Part shown: in pieces, positions 1 through 13,000 of the stretch
Numbering within the stretch: position 1 is the first letter of the stretch
How the letters are laid out: each line of letters starts with the position of its first letter
Assembly (NCBI GenBank): GCA_002189035.1
Contig: NEEC01000016.1
Location: forward strand, 1 to 64,000
Reading direction: 5' to 3'
Source: Utricularia gibba
Taxonomy: Eukaryota > Plantae > Magnoliophyta
Length of the DNA: 64,000 nt
Position numbers and translations under genes: made by a program
The notes under the pieces: model-generated
Databases searched by the model: none
Told to the model about the DNA's origin: nothing
The model's input: only the letters and a program-made list of their open reading frames with translations

Positions 1-3000
1 TGTGTGTCGCGTGACTCTAAACGGTTTTGGACGATGTGGCGTCAATGGCGAAGGCTGCGCGAGGCCACCCCTTGGTGTAGGAAGTCCCGGGGCCCGAGCA
101 CACCCGTAGAAACGCATGAGAATGCCGCGAAATTAGATTTTTACATATATTAACGAATCTCGCGTGTTTCGCAAGCCGAGATTAGTTTTCGCATAAAAAC
201 GAGCAAACGAATCCCAACGTCCCCAATGGCTAGGCCATTTTGTGACACCATTCAAGGCTTATATAGGGCCATCCGTCGAGCTTCGAACTTTCCTCGGATG
301 GGCGATTTCCAACACGAAAAACGATCGTCTCAGAATGAGCTTCGAAACGGTATGCAGTGTGTCGCGTGACTCTAAACGGTTTGGACGATGTGGCGTCAAT
401 GGCGAAGGCTGCGCGAGGCCACCCCTTGGTGTAGGAAGTCCCGGCCCGAGCACACCATAGAAACGCATGAGAATGCCGCGAAATTCAAGATTTTTACATA
501 TATTAACGAATCACGCGTGTTTCGCAATCCGAGAACAATTTTCGCATAAAAACGAGCAAAGGAGTCGCAACGTCCCCAATGGCTAGGCCATTTTGTGACA
601 CCATTCAAGGCTTATATAGGGCCATCCTTCGAGCTTCGAACTTTCCTCGGATGGCGATTTCCCAACACGAAAAACGATCGTCTTAGAATGAGCTTCGAAA
701 CGGTATGCTGTGTGTCGCGTGACTCTAAACGGTTTGGACGATGTGGCGTCAATTGGCGAAGGCTGCGCGAGGCCACCCCTTAATGTAGGAATTCCAGGGC
801 CCGAGCACACTCGGAGAAACGCATGAGAATGCCGCGAAATTCAAGATTTTGACATATATTAACGAATCACGCGTGTTTCGCAAGCCGAGAATTATTTTCG
901 CATAAAAACGAGCAAAGGAGTCGCAATGTCCCCAATGGCTAGACCATTTGTGACACCATTGAAGGCTAATATAAGGCCATCCTTCGAGCTTCGAACTTTC
1001 CTCGGATGGGCAAGCTCCCAACACGAAAAACGACCGTCTCAGAATGAGCTTCGAAACGAAATGCTTTGTGCCACGTGACTCTAAACGGTTTGGAAGATGT
1101 GGCGTCAATTGCGAAGGCTGCGCGAGGCCACCCCTTAATGTAGGAATTCCCAGGGCCCGAGCACACTGAGAGAAACGCATGAGAATGCCGCGAAATTCAA
1201 GATTTTGACATATATTAACGAATCACGCGTGTTTCGCAATCCGAGAATAATTTTCGCATAAAAACGAGCAAAGGAGTCGCGATGTCCCCAATGGCTAGAC
1301 CATTTTGGGACACCATTGAAGGCTTATATAGGGCCATCCGTCGAGCTTCGAACTTTCCTCGGATGGGCGAACTCCCAACACGAAAAACGACCGTCTCGGA
1401 ATGAGCTTCGAAACGGTATGCTGTGTGTGTCGCGTGACTCTAAACGGTTTGGACGATGTGGCGTCAATGCGAAGGCTGCGCGAGGCCACCCCTTGGTGTA
1501 GGAAGTCCCGGGCCCGAGCACACCCGAGAAACGCATGAGAATGCCGCGAAATTCAAGATTTTGACATATATTAACGAATCACGCGTGTTTCGCAAGCCGA
1601 GAATAATTTTCGCATAAAAACGAGCAAAGGAGTCGCGATGTCCCCAATGGCTAGACCATTTTGGGACCATTGAAGGCTAATATAAGGCCATCCTTCGAGC
1701 TTCGAACTTTCCTCGGATGGGCAAGCTCCCAACACGAAAAACGACCGTCTCGGAATGAGCTTCGAAACGGTATGCTGTGTGTCGCGTGACTCTAAACGGT
1801 TTGGACGATGTGGCGTCAATGGCGAAGGCTGCGCGAGGCCACCCCTTAATGTAGGAATTCCCAGGGCCGAGCACACTCGAGAAACGCATGAGAATGCCGC
1901 GAAATTCAAGATTTTGACATATATTAACGAATCACGCGTGTTTCGCAATCCGAGAACAATTTTCGCATAAAAACGAGCAAAGGAGTCGCAACGTCCCCAA
2001 TGGCTAGGCCATTTTGTGACACCATTCAAGGCTTATATAGGGCCATCCGTCGAGCTTCGAACTTTCCTCGGATGGGCGATTTCCCAACACGAAAAACGAT
2101 CGTCTCAGAATGAGCTTCGAAACGGTATGCTGTGTGTCGCGTGACTCTAAACGGTTTGGACGATGTGGCGTCAATTGGCGAAGGCTGCGCGAGGCCACCC
2201 CTTGGTGTAGGAATTCCAGGGCCCGAGCACACTCGGAGAAACGCATGAGAATGCCGCGAAATTCAAGATTTTGACATATATTAACGAATCACGCGTGTTT
2301 CGCAAGCCGAGATTATTTTCGCATAAAAACGAGCAAAGGAGTCGCAATGTCCCCAATGGCTAGACCATTTTGTGAAACCATTGAAGGCTAATATAAGGCC
2401 ATCCTTCGAGCTTCGAACTTTCCTCGGATGGGCAAGCTCCCAACACGAAAAACGACCGTCTCAGAATGAGCTTCGAAACGGTATGCTTTGTGCGTGACTC
2501 TAAACGGTTTGGAAGTTGTGGCGTCAATGGCGAAGGCTGCGCGAGCCACCCCTTGGTGTAGGAATTCCCAGGGCCCGAGCACACTGAGAGAAACGCATGA
2601 GAATGCCGCGAAATTCAAGATTTGACATATATTAACGAATCACGCGTGTTTCGCAATCCGAGAATAATTTTCGCATAAAAACGAGCAAAAGGAGTCCCAA
2701 CGTCCCCAATGGCTAGACCATTTTGTGACACCATTCAAGGCTTATATAGGGCCATCCGTCGAGCTTCGAACTTTCCTCGGATGGGCGAACTCCCAACACG
2801 AAAAACGACCGTCTCAGAATGAGCTTCGAAACGGTATGCTGTGTGTCGCGTGACTCTAAACGGTTTGGACGATGTGGCGTCAATGGCGAAGGCTGCGCGA
2901 GGCCACCCCTTAATGTAGGAATTCCAGGGCCCGAGCACACTCGGAGAAACGCATGAGAATGCCGCGAAATTCAAGATTTTGACATATATTAACGAATCAC

Positions 3001-6000
3001 GCGTGTTTCGCAAGCCGAGATTAGTTTTCGCATAAAAACGAGCAAAGGAGTCGCAATGTCCCCAATGGCTAGACCATTTTGTGACACCATTGAAGGCTAT
3101 ATAAGGCCATCCTTCGAGCTTCGAACTTTCCTCGGATGGGAAGCTCCCAACACGAAAAACGACCGTCTCAGAATGAGCTTCGAAACGTATGCTGTGTGCG
3201 TGACTCTAAACGGTTTGGACGATGTGGCGTCAATGGCGAAGGCTGCGCGAGGCCACCCCTTAATGTAGGAATTCCCAGGGCCCGAGCACACTCGGAGAAA
3301 CGCATGAGAATGCCGCGAAATTCAAGATTTTGACATATATTAACGAATCACGCGTGTTTCGCAAGCCGAGAACAATTTTCGCATAAAAACGAGCAAACGA
3401 GTCCCAACGTCCCCAATGGCTAGGCCATTTTGTGACACCATTCAAGGCTTATATAGGGCCATCCGTCGAGCTTCGAACTTTCCTCGGATGGGCGAACTTC
3501 CAACACGAAAAAACGATCGTCTCAGAATGAGCTTCGAAACGGTATGCTGTGTGTCGCGTGACTCTAAACGGTTTGGACGATGTGGCGTCAATGGCGAAGG
3601 CTGCGCGAGGCCACCCCTTGGTGTAGGAAGTCCCAGGGCCCGAGCACACCCGAAACGCATGAGAATGCCGCGAAATTCAAGATTTTTACATATATTAACG
3701 AATCACGCGTGTTTCGCAAGCCGAATTATTTTCGCATAAAAACGAGCAAACGAGTCCCAACGTCCCCAATGGCTAGCCATTTTGTGACACCATTCAAGGC
3801 TTATATAGGCCATCCGTCGAGCTTCGAACTTTCCTCGGATGGGCGATTCCCAACACGAAAAACGATCGTCTCAGAATGAGCTTCGAAACGGTATGCTGTG
3901 TGTCGCGTGACTCTAAACGGGTTGGACTGGCGTCAATGGCGAAGGCTGCGCGAGGCCACCCCTTGGTGTAGGAAGTCCCGGCCCGAGCACACCCTAGAAA
4001 CGCATGAGAATGCCGCGAAATTCAAGATTTTGACATATATTAACGAATCACGCGTGTTCGCAATCCGAGAACAATTTTCGCATAAAAACGAGCAAAGGAG
4101 TCGCAACGTCCCCAATGGCTAGGCCATTTTGTGACACCATTCAAGGCTTATATAGGCCATCCGTCGAGCTTCGAACTTTCCTCGGATGGGCTCCCAACAC
4201 GAAAAACGATCGTCTCAGAATGAGCTTCGAAACGGTATGCTGTGTGTCGCGTGACTCTAAACGGTTTGGACGATGTGGCGTCAATTGGCGAAGGCTGCGC
4301 GAGGCCACCCCTTAATGTAGGAATTCCAGGGCCCGAGCACACTCGGAGAAACGCATGAGAATGCCGCGAAATTCAAGATTTTGACATATATTAACGAATC
4401 ACGCGTGTTTCGCAAGCCGAGATTATTTTCGCATAAAAACGAGCAAAGGAGTCGCAATGTCCCCAATGGCTAGACCATTTGTGACACCATTGAAGGCTAA
4501 TATAAGGCCATCCTTCGAGCTTCGAACTTTCCTCGGATGGGCAAGCTCCCAACACGAAAAAACGACCGTCTCAGAATGAGCTTCGAAACGTATGCTGTGT
4601 GCGTGACTCTAAACGGTTTTGGAAGATGTGGCGTCAATTGCGAAGGCTGCGCGAGGCCACCCCTTAATGTAGGAATTCCCAGGGCCCGAGCACACTGAGA
4701 AACGCATGAGAATGCCGCGAAATTCAAGATTTTGACATATATTAACGAATCACGCGTGTTTCGCAATCCGAGAATAATTTTCGCATAAAAACGAGCAAAG
4801 GAGTCGCAATGTCCCCAATGGCTAGACCATTTTGACACCATTTAAGGCTTATATAGGGCCATCCGTCGAGCTTCGAACTTTCCTCGGATGGGCGAACTCC
4901 CAACACGAAAAACGACCGTCTGAATGAGCTTCGAAACGGTATGCTGTGTGTCGCGTGACTCTAAACGGTTTGGACGATGTGGCGTCAATGGCGAAGGCTG
5001 CGCGAGGCCACCCCTTGGTGTAGGAAGTCCCGGGCCCGAGCACACCCGTAGAAACGCATGAGAATGCCGCGAAATTCAAGATTTTGACATATATTAACGA
5101 ATCACGTGTTTCGCAAGCCGAGAATAATTTTCGCATAAAAACGAGCAAAGGAGTCGCAACGTCCCCAATGGCTAGCCATTTTGGGACACATTGAAGGCTA
5201 ATATAAGGCCATCCTTCGAGCTTCGAACTTTCCTCGGATGGGCAAGCTCCCAACACGAAAAACGACCGTCTCAGAATGAGCTTCGAAACGGTATGCTGTG
5301 TGTCGCGTGACTCTAAACGGTTTGGACGATGTGGCGTCAATGGCGAAGGCTGCGCGAGGCCACCCCTTAATGTAGGAATTCCCAGGGCCCGAGCACACTC
5401 GGAGAAACGCATGAGAATGCCGCGAAATTCAGATTTTGACATATATTAACGAATCACGCGTGTTTCGCAATCCGAGAACAATTTTCGCATAAAAACGAGC
5501 AAAGGAGTCGCAACGTCCCCAATGGCTAGGCCATTTTGTGACACCATTCAAGGCTTATATAGGGCCATCCGTCGAGCTTCGAACTTTCCTCGGATGGGCG
5601 ACTCCCAACACGAAAAACGATCGTCTCGGAATGAGCTTCGAAACGGTATGCTGTGTGTCGCGTGACTCTAAACGGTTTGGACGATGTGGCGTCAATGGCG
5701 AAGGCTGCGCGAGGCCACCCCTTAATGTAGGAATTCCCAGGCCCGAGCACACTCGGAGAAACGCATGAGAATGCCGCGAAATTCAAGATTTTGACATATA
5801 TTAACGAATCACGCGTGTTTCGCAAGCCGAGATTAGTTTTCGCATAAAAACGAGCAAACGAGTCCAACGTCCCCAATGGCTAGCCATTTGTGACACCATT
5901 GAAGGCTAATATAAGGCCATCCTTCGAGCTTCGAACTTTCCTCGGATGGGCAACTCCCAACACGAAAAACGACCGTCTCAGAATGAGCTTCGAAACGGTA

Positions 6001-9000
6001 TGCTTGTGTGCGTGACTCTAAACGGTTTGGACGTTGTGGCGTCAATTGCGAAGGCTGCGCGAGGCCACCCCTTGGTGTAGGAATTCCCAGGCCCGAGCAC
6101 ACTGAGAAACGCATGAGAATGCCGCGAAATTCAAGATTTTGACATATATAACGAATCACGCGTGTTTCGCAATCCGAGAATAATTTTCGCATAAAAACGA
6201 GCAAAGGAGTCGCGATGTCCCCAATGGCTAGACCATTTTGTGACACCATTCAAGGCTTATATAGGGCCATCCGTCGAGCTTCGAACTTTCCTCGGATGGC
6301 GAACTCCCAACACGAAAAACGACCGTCTCGGAATGAGCTTCGAAACGGTATGCTGTGTGTCGCGTGACTCTAAACGGTTTGGACGATGTGGCGTCAATGG
6401 CGAAGCTGCGCGAGGCCACCCCTTGTAGGAATTCCCAGGGCCCGAGCACACCCGAGAAACGCATGAGAATGCCGCGAAATTCAAGATTTTGACATATATT
6501 AACGAATCACGCGTGTTTCGCAAGCCGAAATATTTTCGCATAAAAACGAGCAAAGGAGTCGCAATGTCCCCAATGGCTAGACCATTTTGTGACACCATTG
6601 AAGGCTAATATAGGCCATCCTTCGAGCTTCGAACTTTCCTCGGATGGGCAAGCTCCCAACACGAAAAACGACCGTCTCAGAATGAGCTTCGAAACGGTAT
6701 GCTGTGTGTCGCGTGACTCTAAACGGTTTGGACGATGTGGCGTCAATGGCGAAGGCTGCGCGAGGCCACCCCTTAATGTAGGAATTCCCAGGGCCCGAGC
6801 ACACTCGGAGAAACGCATGAGAATGCCGCGAAATTCAAGATTTTGACATATATTAACGAATCACGCGTGTTTCGCAAGCCGAGAACAATTTTCGCATAAA
6901 AACGAGCAAACGAGTCCCAACGTCCCCAATGGCTAGGCCATTTTGTGACACCATTCAAGGCTTATATAGGGCCATCCGTCGAGCTTCGAACTTTCCTCGG
7001 ATGGGCGAACTTCCAACACGAAAAACGCGTCTCGGAATGAGCTTCGAAACGGTATGCTGTGTGTCGCGTGACTCTAAACGGTTTGGACGATGTGGCGTCA
7101 ATGGCGAAGGCTGCGCGAGGCCACCCCTTGGTGTAGGAAGTCCCGGGCCCGAGCACACCCGAGAAACGCATGAGAATGCCGCGAAATTCAAGATTTTGAC
7201 ATATATTAACGAATCACGCGTGTTTCGCAAGCCGAGATTATTTTCGCATAAAAACGAGCAAACGAGTCCCAACGTCCCCAATGGCTAGGCCATTTTGTGA
7301 CACCATTCAAGGCTTATATAGGGCCATCCGTCGAGCTTCGAACTTTCCTCGGATGGGCGACTCCCAACACGAAAAACGATCGTCTCAGAATGAGCTTCGA
7401 AACGGTATGCTGTGTGTCGCGTGACTCTAAACGGTTTGGACGATGTGGCGTCAATGGCGAAGGCTGCGCGAGGCCACCCCTTGTGTAGGAAGTCCCGGCC
7501 CGAGCACACCCAGAAACGCATGAGAATGCCGCGAAATTCAAGATTTTGACATATATTAACGAATCACGCGTGTTTCGCAATCCGAGAATAATTTTCGCAT
7601 AAAAACGAGCAAAGGAGTCGCAACGTCCCCAATGGCTAGGCCATTTTGACACCATTCAAGGCTTATATAGGCCATCCGTCGAGCTTCGAACTTTCCTCGG
7701 ATGGGCTCCCAACACGAAAAACGATCGTCTCAGAATGAGCTTCGAAACGGTATGCTGTGTGTCGCGTGACTCTAAACGGTTTGGACGATGTGGCGTCAAT
7801 GGCGAAGGCTGCGCGAGGCCACCCCTTAATGTAGGAATTCCAGGGCCCGAGCACACTCGGAGAAACGCATGAGAATGCCGCGAAATTCAAGATTTTGACA
7901 TATATTAACGAATCACGCGTGTTTCGCAAGCCGAGAAATTTTCGCATAAAAACGAGCAAAGGAGTCGCAATGTCCCCAATGGCTAGACCATTTGTGACAC
8001 CATTGAAGGCTAATATAAGGCCATCCTTCGAGCTTCGAACTTTCCTCGGATGGGCAAGCTCCCAACACGAAAAACGACCGTCTCAGAATGAGCTTCGAAA
8101 CGGTATGCTGTGTGTCGCGTGACTCTAAACGGTTTGGACGTGTGGCGTCAATGGCGAAGGCTGCGCGAGGCCACCCCTTAATGTAGGAATTCCCAGGGCC
8201 CGAGCACACGAGAAACGCATGAGAATGCCGCGAAATTCAAGATTTTGACATATATTAACGAATCACGCGTGTTTCGCAATCCGAGAATAATTTTCGCATA
8301 AAAACGAGCAAAGGAGTCGCAACGTCCCCAATGGCTAGCCATTTTGTGACACCATTCAAGGCTTATATAGGGCCATCCGTCGAGCTTCGAACTTTCCTCG
8401 GATGGGCGAACTCCCAACACGAAAAACGACCGTCTCGGAATGAGCTTCGAAACGGTATGCTGTGTGTGTGACTCTAAACGGTTTGGACGATGTGGCGTCA
8501 ATGGCGAAGGCTGCGCGAGGCCACCCCTTGGTGTAGGAAGTCCCGGGGCCCGAGCACACCCGAGAAACGCATGAGAATGCCGCGAAATTCAAGATTTTGA
8601 CATATATTAACGAATCACGCGTGTTTCGCAAGCCGAGAATAATTTTCGCATAAAAACGAGCAAAGGAGTCCAACGTCCCCAATGGCTAGACCATTTTGTG
8701 ACACCATTGAAGGCTAATATAAGGCCATCCTTCGAGCTTCGAACTTTCCTCGGATGGGCAACTCCCAACACGAAAAACGACCGTCTCGGAATGAGCTTCG
8801 AAACGGTATGCTGTGTGTCGCGTGACTCTAAACGGTTTGGACGATGTGGCGTCAATGGCGAAGGCTGCGCGAGGCCACCCCTTAATGTAGGAATTCCCAG
8901 GGCCCGAGCACACTCGGAGAAACGCATGAGAATGCCGCGAAATTCAAGATTTTGACATATATTAACGAATCACGCGTGTTTCGCAATGAGAACAATTTTC

Positions 9001-9374
9001 GCATAAAAACGAGCAAAGGAGTCGCAACGTCCCCAATGGCTAGGCCATTTTGTGACACCATTCAAGGCTTATATAGGGCCATCCGTCGAGCTTCGAACTT
9101 TCCTCGGATGGGCGACTCCCAACACGAAAAACGACCGTCTCAGAATGAGCTTCGAAACGGTATGCTGTGTGTCGCGTGACTCTAAACGGTTTGGACGATG
9201 TGGCGTCAATGGCGAAGGCTGCGCGAGGCCACCCCTTTGTGTTCCGGCCCGAGCACACTCGGAGAAACGCATGAGAATGCCGCGAAATTCAAGATTTTGA
9301 CATATATAACGAATCACGCGTGTTTCGCAAGCCGAGAATTTTTCGCATAAAAACGAGCAAAGGAGTCCCAACGT
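1..9374. repeat. 10-monomer higher-order repeat (~3.52 kb), ~2.6 copies
   Basis: Matching variant monomers lie 10 units apart: 221/3764/7276, 574/4110/7627, 930/4461/7974, 3060/6568, 3411/6924, 1642/5163/8677 (offsets about 3500-3545 bp). Confidence 0.75.
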
Positions 9375-10083
9375 CCCCAATGGCTAGGCCATTTGTGACA
9401 CCATTGAAGGCTTATATAGGCCATCCGTCGAGCTTCGAACTTTCCTCGGATGGGCGACTCCCAACACGAAAAACGACCGTCTCAGAATGAGCTTCGAAAC
9501 GGTATGCTGTGTGTCGCGTGACTCTAAACGGTTTGGACGATGTGGCGTCAATGGCGAAGGCTGCGCGAGGCCACCCCTTGGTGTAGGAAGTCCCGGGCCC
9601 GAGCACACCCGAGAAACGCATGAGAATGCCGCGAAATTCAAGATTTTGACATATATTAACGAATCACGCGTGTTTCGCAAGCCGAGAATAATTTTCGCAT
9701 AAAAACGAGCAAAGGAGTCGCGATGTCCCCAATGGCTAGACCATTTTGGGACACCATTCAAGGCTTATATAGGGCCATCCGTCGAGCTTCGAACTTTCCT
9801 CGGATGGGCGAACTCCCAACACGAAAAACGATCGTCTCAGAATGAGCTTCGAAACGGTATGCTGTGTGTCGCGTGACTCTAAACGGTTTGGACGATGTGG
9901 CGTCAATGGCGAAGGCTGCGCGAGGCCACCCCTTAATGTAGGAATTCCCAGGGCCCGAGCACACTCGGAGAAACGCATGAGAATGCCGCGAAATTCAAGA
10001 TTTTGACATATATTAACGAATCACGCGTGTTTCGCAAGCCGAGAACAATTTTCGCATAAAAACGAGCAAAGGAGTCGCAACGT

Positions 10084-13000
10084 CCCCAATGGCTAGGCCA
10101 TTTTGTGACACCATTCAAGGCTTATATAGGGCCATCCGTCGAGCTTCGAACTTTCCTCGGATGGGCGAACCCAACACGAAAAACGACCGTCTCAGAATGA
10201 GCTTCGAAACGGTATGCTGTGTGTCGCGTGACTCTAAACGGTTTGGACGATGTGGCGTCAATGGCGAAGGCTGCGCGAGGCCACCCCTTGGTGTAGGAAT
10301 TCCGGGCCCGAGCACACTCGGAGAAACGCATGAGAATGCCGCGAAATTCAAGATTTTGACATATATTAACGAATCACGCGTGTTTCGCAAGCCGAGAATA
10401 TTTTCGCATAAAAACGAGCAAACGAGTCCCAACGTCCCAATGGCTAGGCCATTTTGTGACACCATTCAAGGCTTATATAGGGCCATCCGTCGAGCTTCGA
10501 ACTTTCCTCGGATGGGAACTCCCAACACGAAAAACGACCGTCTCAGAATGAGCTTCGAAACGGTATGCTGTGTGTCGCGTGACTCTAAACGGTTTGGACG
10601 ATGTGGCGTCAATGGCGAAGGCTGCGCGAGGCCACCCCTTGGTGTAGGAAGTCCCGGGCCCGAGCACACCCGAGAAACGCATGAGAATGCCGCGAAATTC
10701 AAGATTTTGACATATATTAACGAATCACGCGTGTTTCGCAAGCCGAGAACAATTTTCGCATAAAAACGAGCAAAGGAGTCGCAACGTCCCCAATGGCTAG
10801 CCATTTTGTGACACCATTGAAGGCTTATATAGGGCCATCCGTCGAGCTTCGAACTTTCCTCGGATGGGCGACTCCCAACACGAAAAACGATCGTCTCAGA
10901 ATGAGCTTCGAAACGGTATGCTGTGTGTCGCGTGACTCTAAACGGTTTGGACGATGTGGCGTCAATGGCGAAGGCTGCGCGAGGCCACCCCTTAATGTAG
11001 GAATTCCCAGGGCCCGAGCACACTCGGAGAAACGCATGAGAATGCCGCGAAATTCAAGATTTTGACATATATTAACGAATCACGCGTGTTTCGCAAGCCG
11101 AGATTATTTTCGCATAAAAACGAGCAAACGAGTCCCAACGTCCCCAATGGCTAGGCCATTTTGTGACACCATTCAAGGCTTATATAGGGCCATCCGTTGA
11201 GCTTCGAACTTTCCTCGGATGGGCGACTCCCAACACGAAAAACGATCGTCTCAGAATGAGCTTCGAAACGGTATGCTGTGTGTCGCGTGACTCTAAACGG
11301 TTTGGACGATGTGGCGTCAATGGCGAAGGCTGCGCGAGGCCACCCCTTGGTGTAGGAAGTCCCAGGCCCGAGCACACCCATAGAAACGCATGAGAATGCC
11401 GCGAAATTCAAGATTTTACATATATTAACGAATCACGCGTGTTTCGCAATCCGAGAAAAATTTTCGCATAAAAACGAGCAAAGGAGTCGCAACGTCCCCA
11501 ATGGCTAGCCATTTTGTGAAACCATTCAAGGCTAATATAGGCCATCCTTTGAGCTTCGAACTTTCCTCGGATGGGCGACTCCCAACACGAAAAACGATCG
11601 TCTCAGAATGAGCTTCGAAACGGTATGCTGTGTGTCGCGTGACTCTAAACGGTTTGGACGATGTGGCGTCAATGGCGAAGGCTGCGCGAGGCCACCCCTT
11701 GTGTAGGAAGTCCCGGGCCCGAGCACACCCGTAGAAACGCATGAGAATGCCGCGAAATTCAAGATTTTGACATATATTAACGAATCACGCGTGTTTCGCA
11801 AGCCGAGAATAATTTTCGCATAAAAACGAGCAAAGGAGTCGCGATGTCCCCAATGGCTAGACCATTTTGTGACACATTGAAGGCTAATATAAGGCCATCC
11901 TTCGAGCTTCGAACTTTCCTCGGATGGGCAAGCTCCCAACACGAAAAACGACCGTCTCGGAATGAGCTTCGAAACGGTATGCTGTGTGTCGCGTGACTCT
12001 AAACGGTTTGGACGATGTGGCGTCAATGGCGAAGGCTGCGCGAGGCCACCCCTTAATGTAGGAATTCCCAGGGCCCGAGCACACTCGAGAAACGCATGAG
12101 AATGCCGCGAAATTCAAGATTTTGACATATATTAACGAATCACGCGTGTTTCGCAAGCCGAGAACAATTTTCGCATAAAAACGAGCAAACGAGTCCCAAC
12201 GTCCCCAATGGCTAGGCCATTTTGTGACACCATTCAAGGCTTATATAGGGCCATCCTTCGAGCTTCGAACTTTTCGGATGGGCAAGCCAACACGAAAAAC
12301 GACCGTCTCGGAATGAGCTTCGAAACGGTATGCTGTGTGTCGCGTGACTCTAAACGGTTTGGACGATGTGGCGTCAATGGCGAAGGCTGCGCGAGGCCAC
12401 CCCTTGGTGTAGGAATTCCCAGGGCCCGAGCACACTCGAGAAACGCATGAGAATGCCGCGAAATTCAAGATTTTGACATATATTAACGAATCACGCGTGT
12501 TTCGCAAGCCGAGATTAGTTTTCGCATAAAAACGAGCAAAGGAGTCGCAATGTCCCCAATGGCTAGACCATTTTGTGACACCATTGAAGGCTATATAAGG
12601 CCATCCTTCGAGCTTCGAACTTTCCTCGGATGGGCAAGCTCCCAACACGAAAAAAGACCGTCTCAGAATGAGCTTCGAAACGTATGCTTGTGTCGCGTGA
12701 CTCTAAACGGTTTGGACGATGTGGCGTCAATGGCGAAGGCTGCGCGAGGCCACCCCTTAATGTAGGAATTCCCAGGGCCCGAGCACACTCGAGAAACGCA
12801 TGAGAATGCCGCGAAATTCAAGATTTTGACATATATTAACGAATCACGCGTGTTTCGCAATCCGAGAATAATTTTCGCATAAAAACGAGCAAAGGAGTCG
12901 CAATGTCCCCAATGGCTAGACCATTTTGTGACACCATTCAAGGCTAATATAAGGCCATCCGTCGAGCTTCGAACTTTCCTCGGATGGGCGAACTCCCAAC

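Noticed and set aside
1-10083. Frequent +/-1 changes in homopolymers (ccc/cccc, gg/ggg, ttt/tttt) as monomer markers
   Set aside because: These are typical long-read errors and are inconsistent between HOR copies, so I relied mainly on substitutions and recurrent multi-base lesions for typing.
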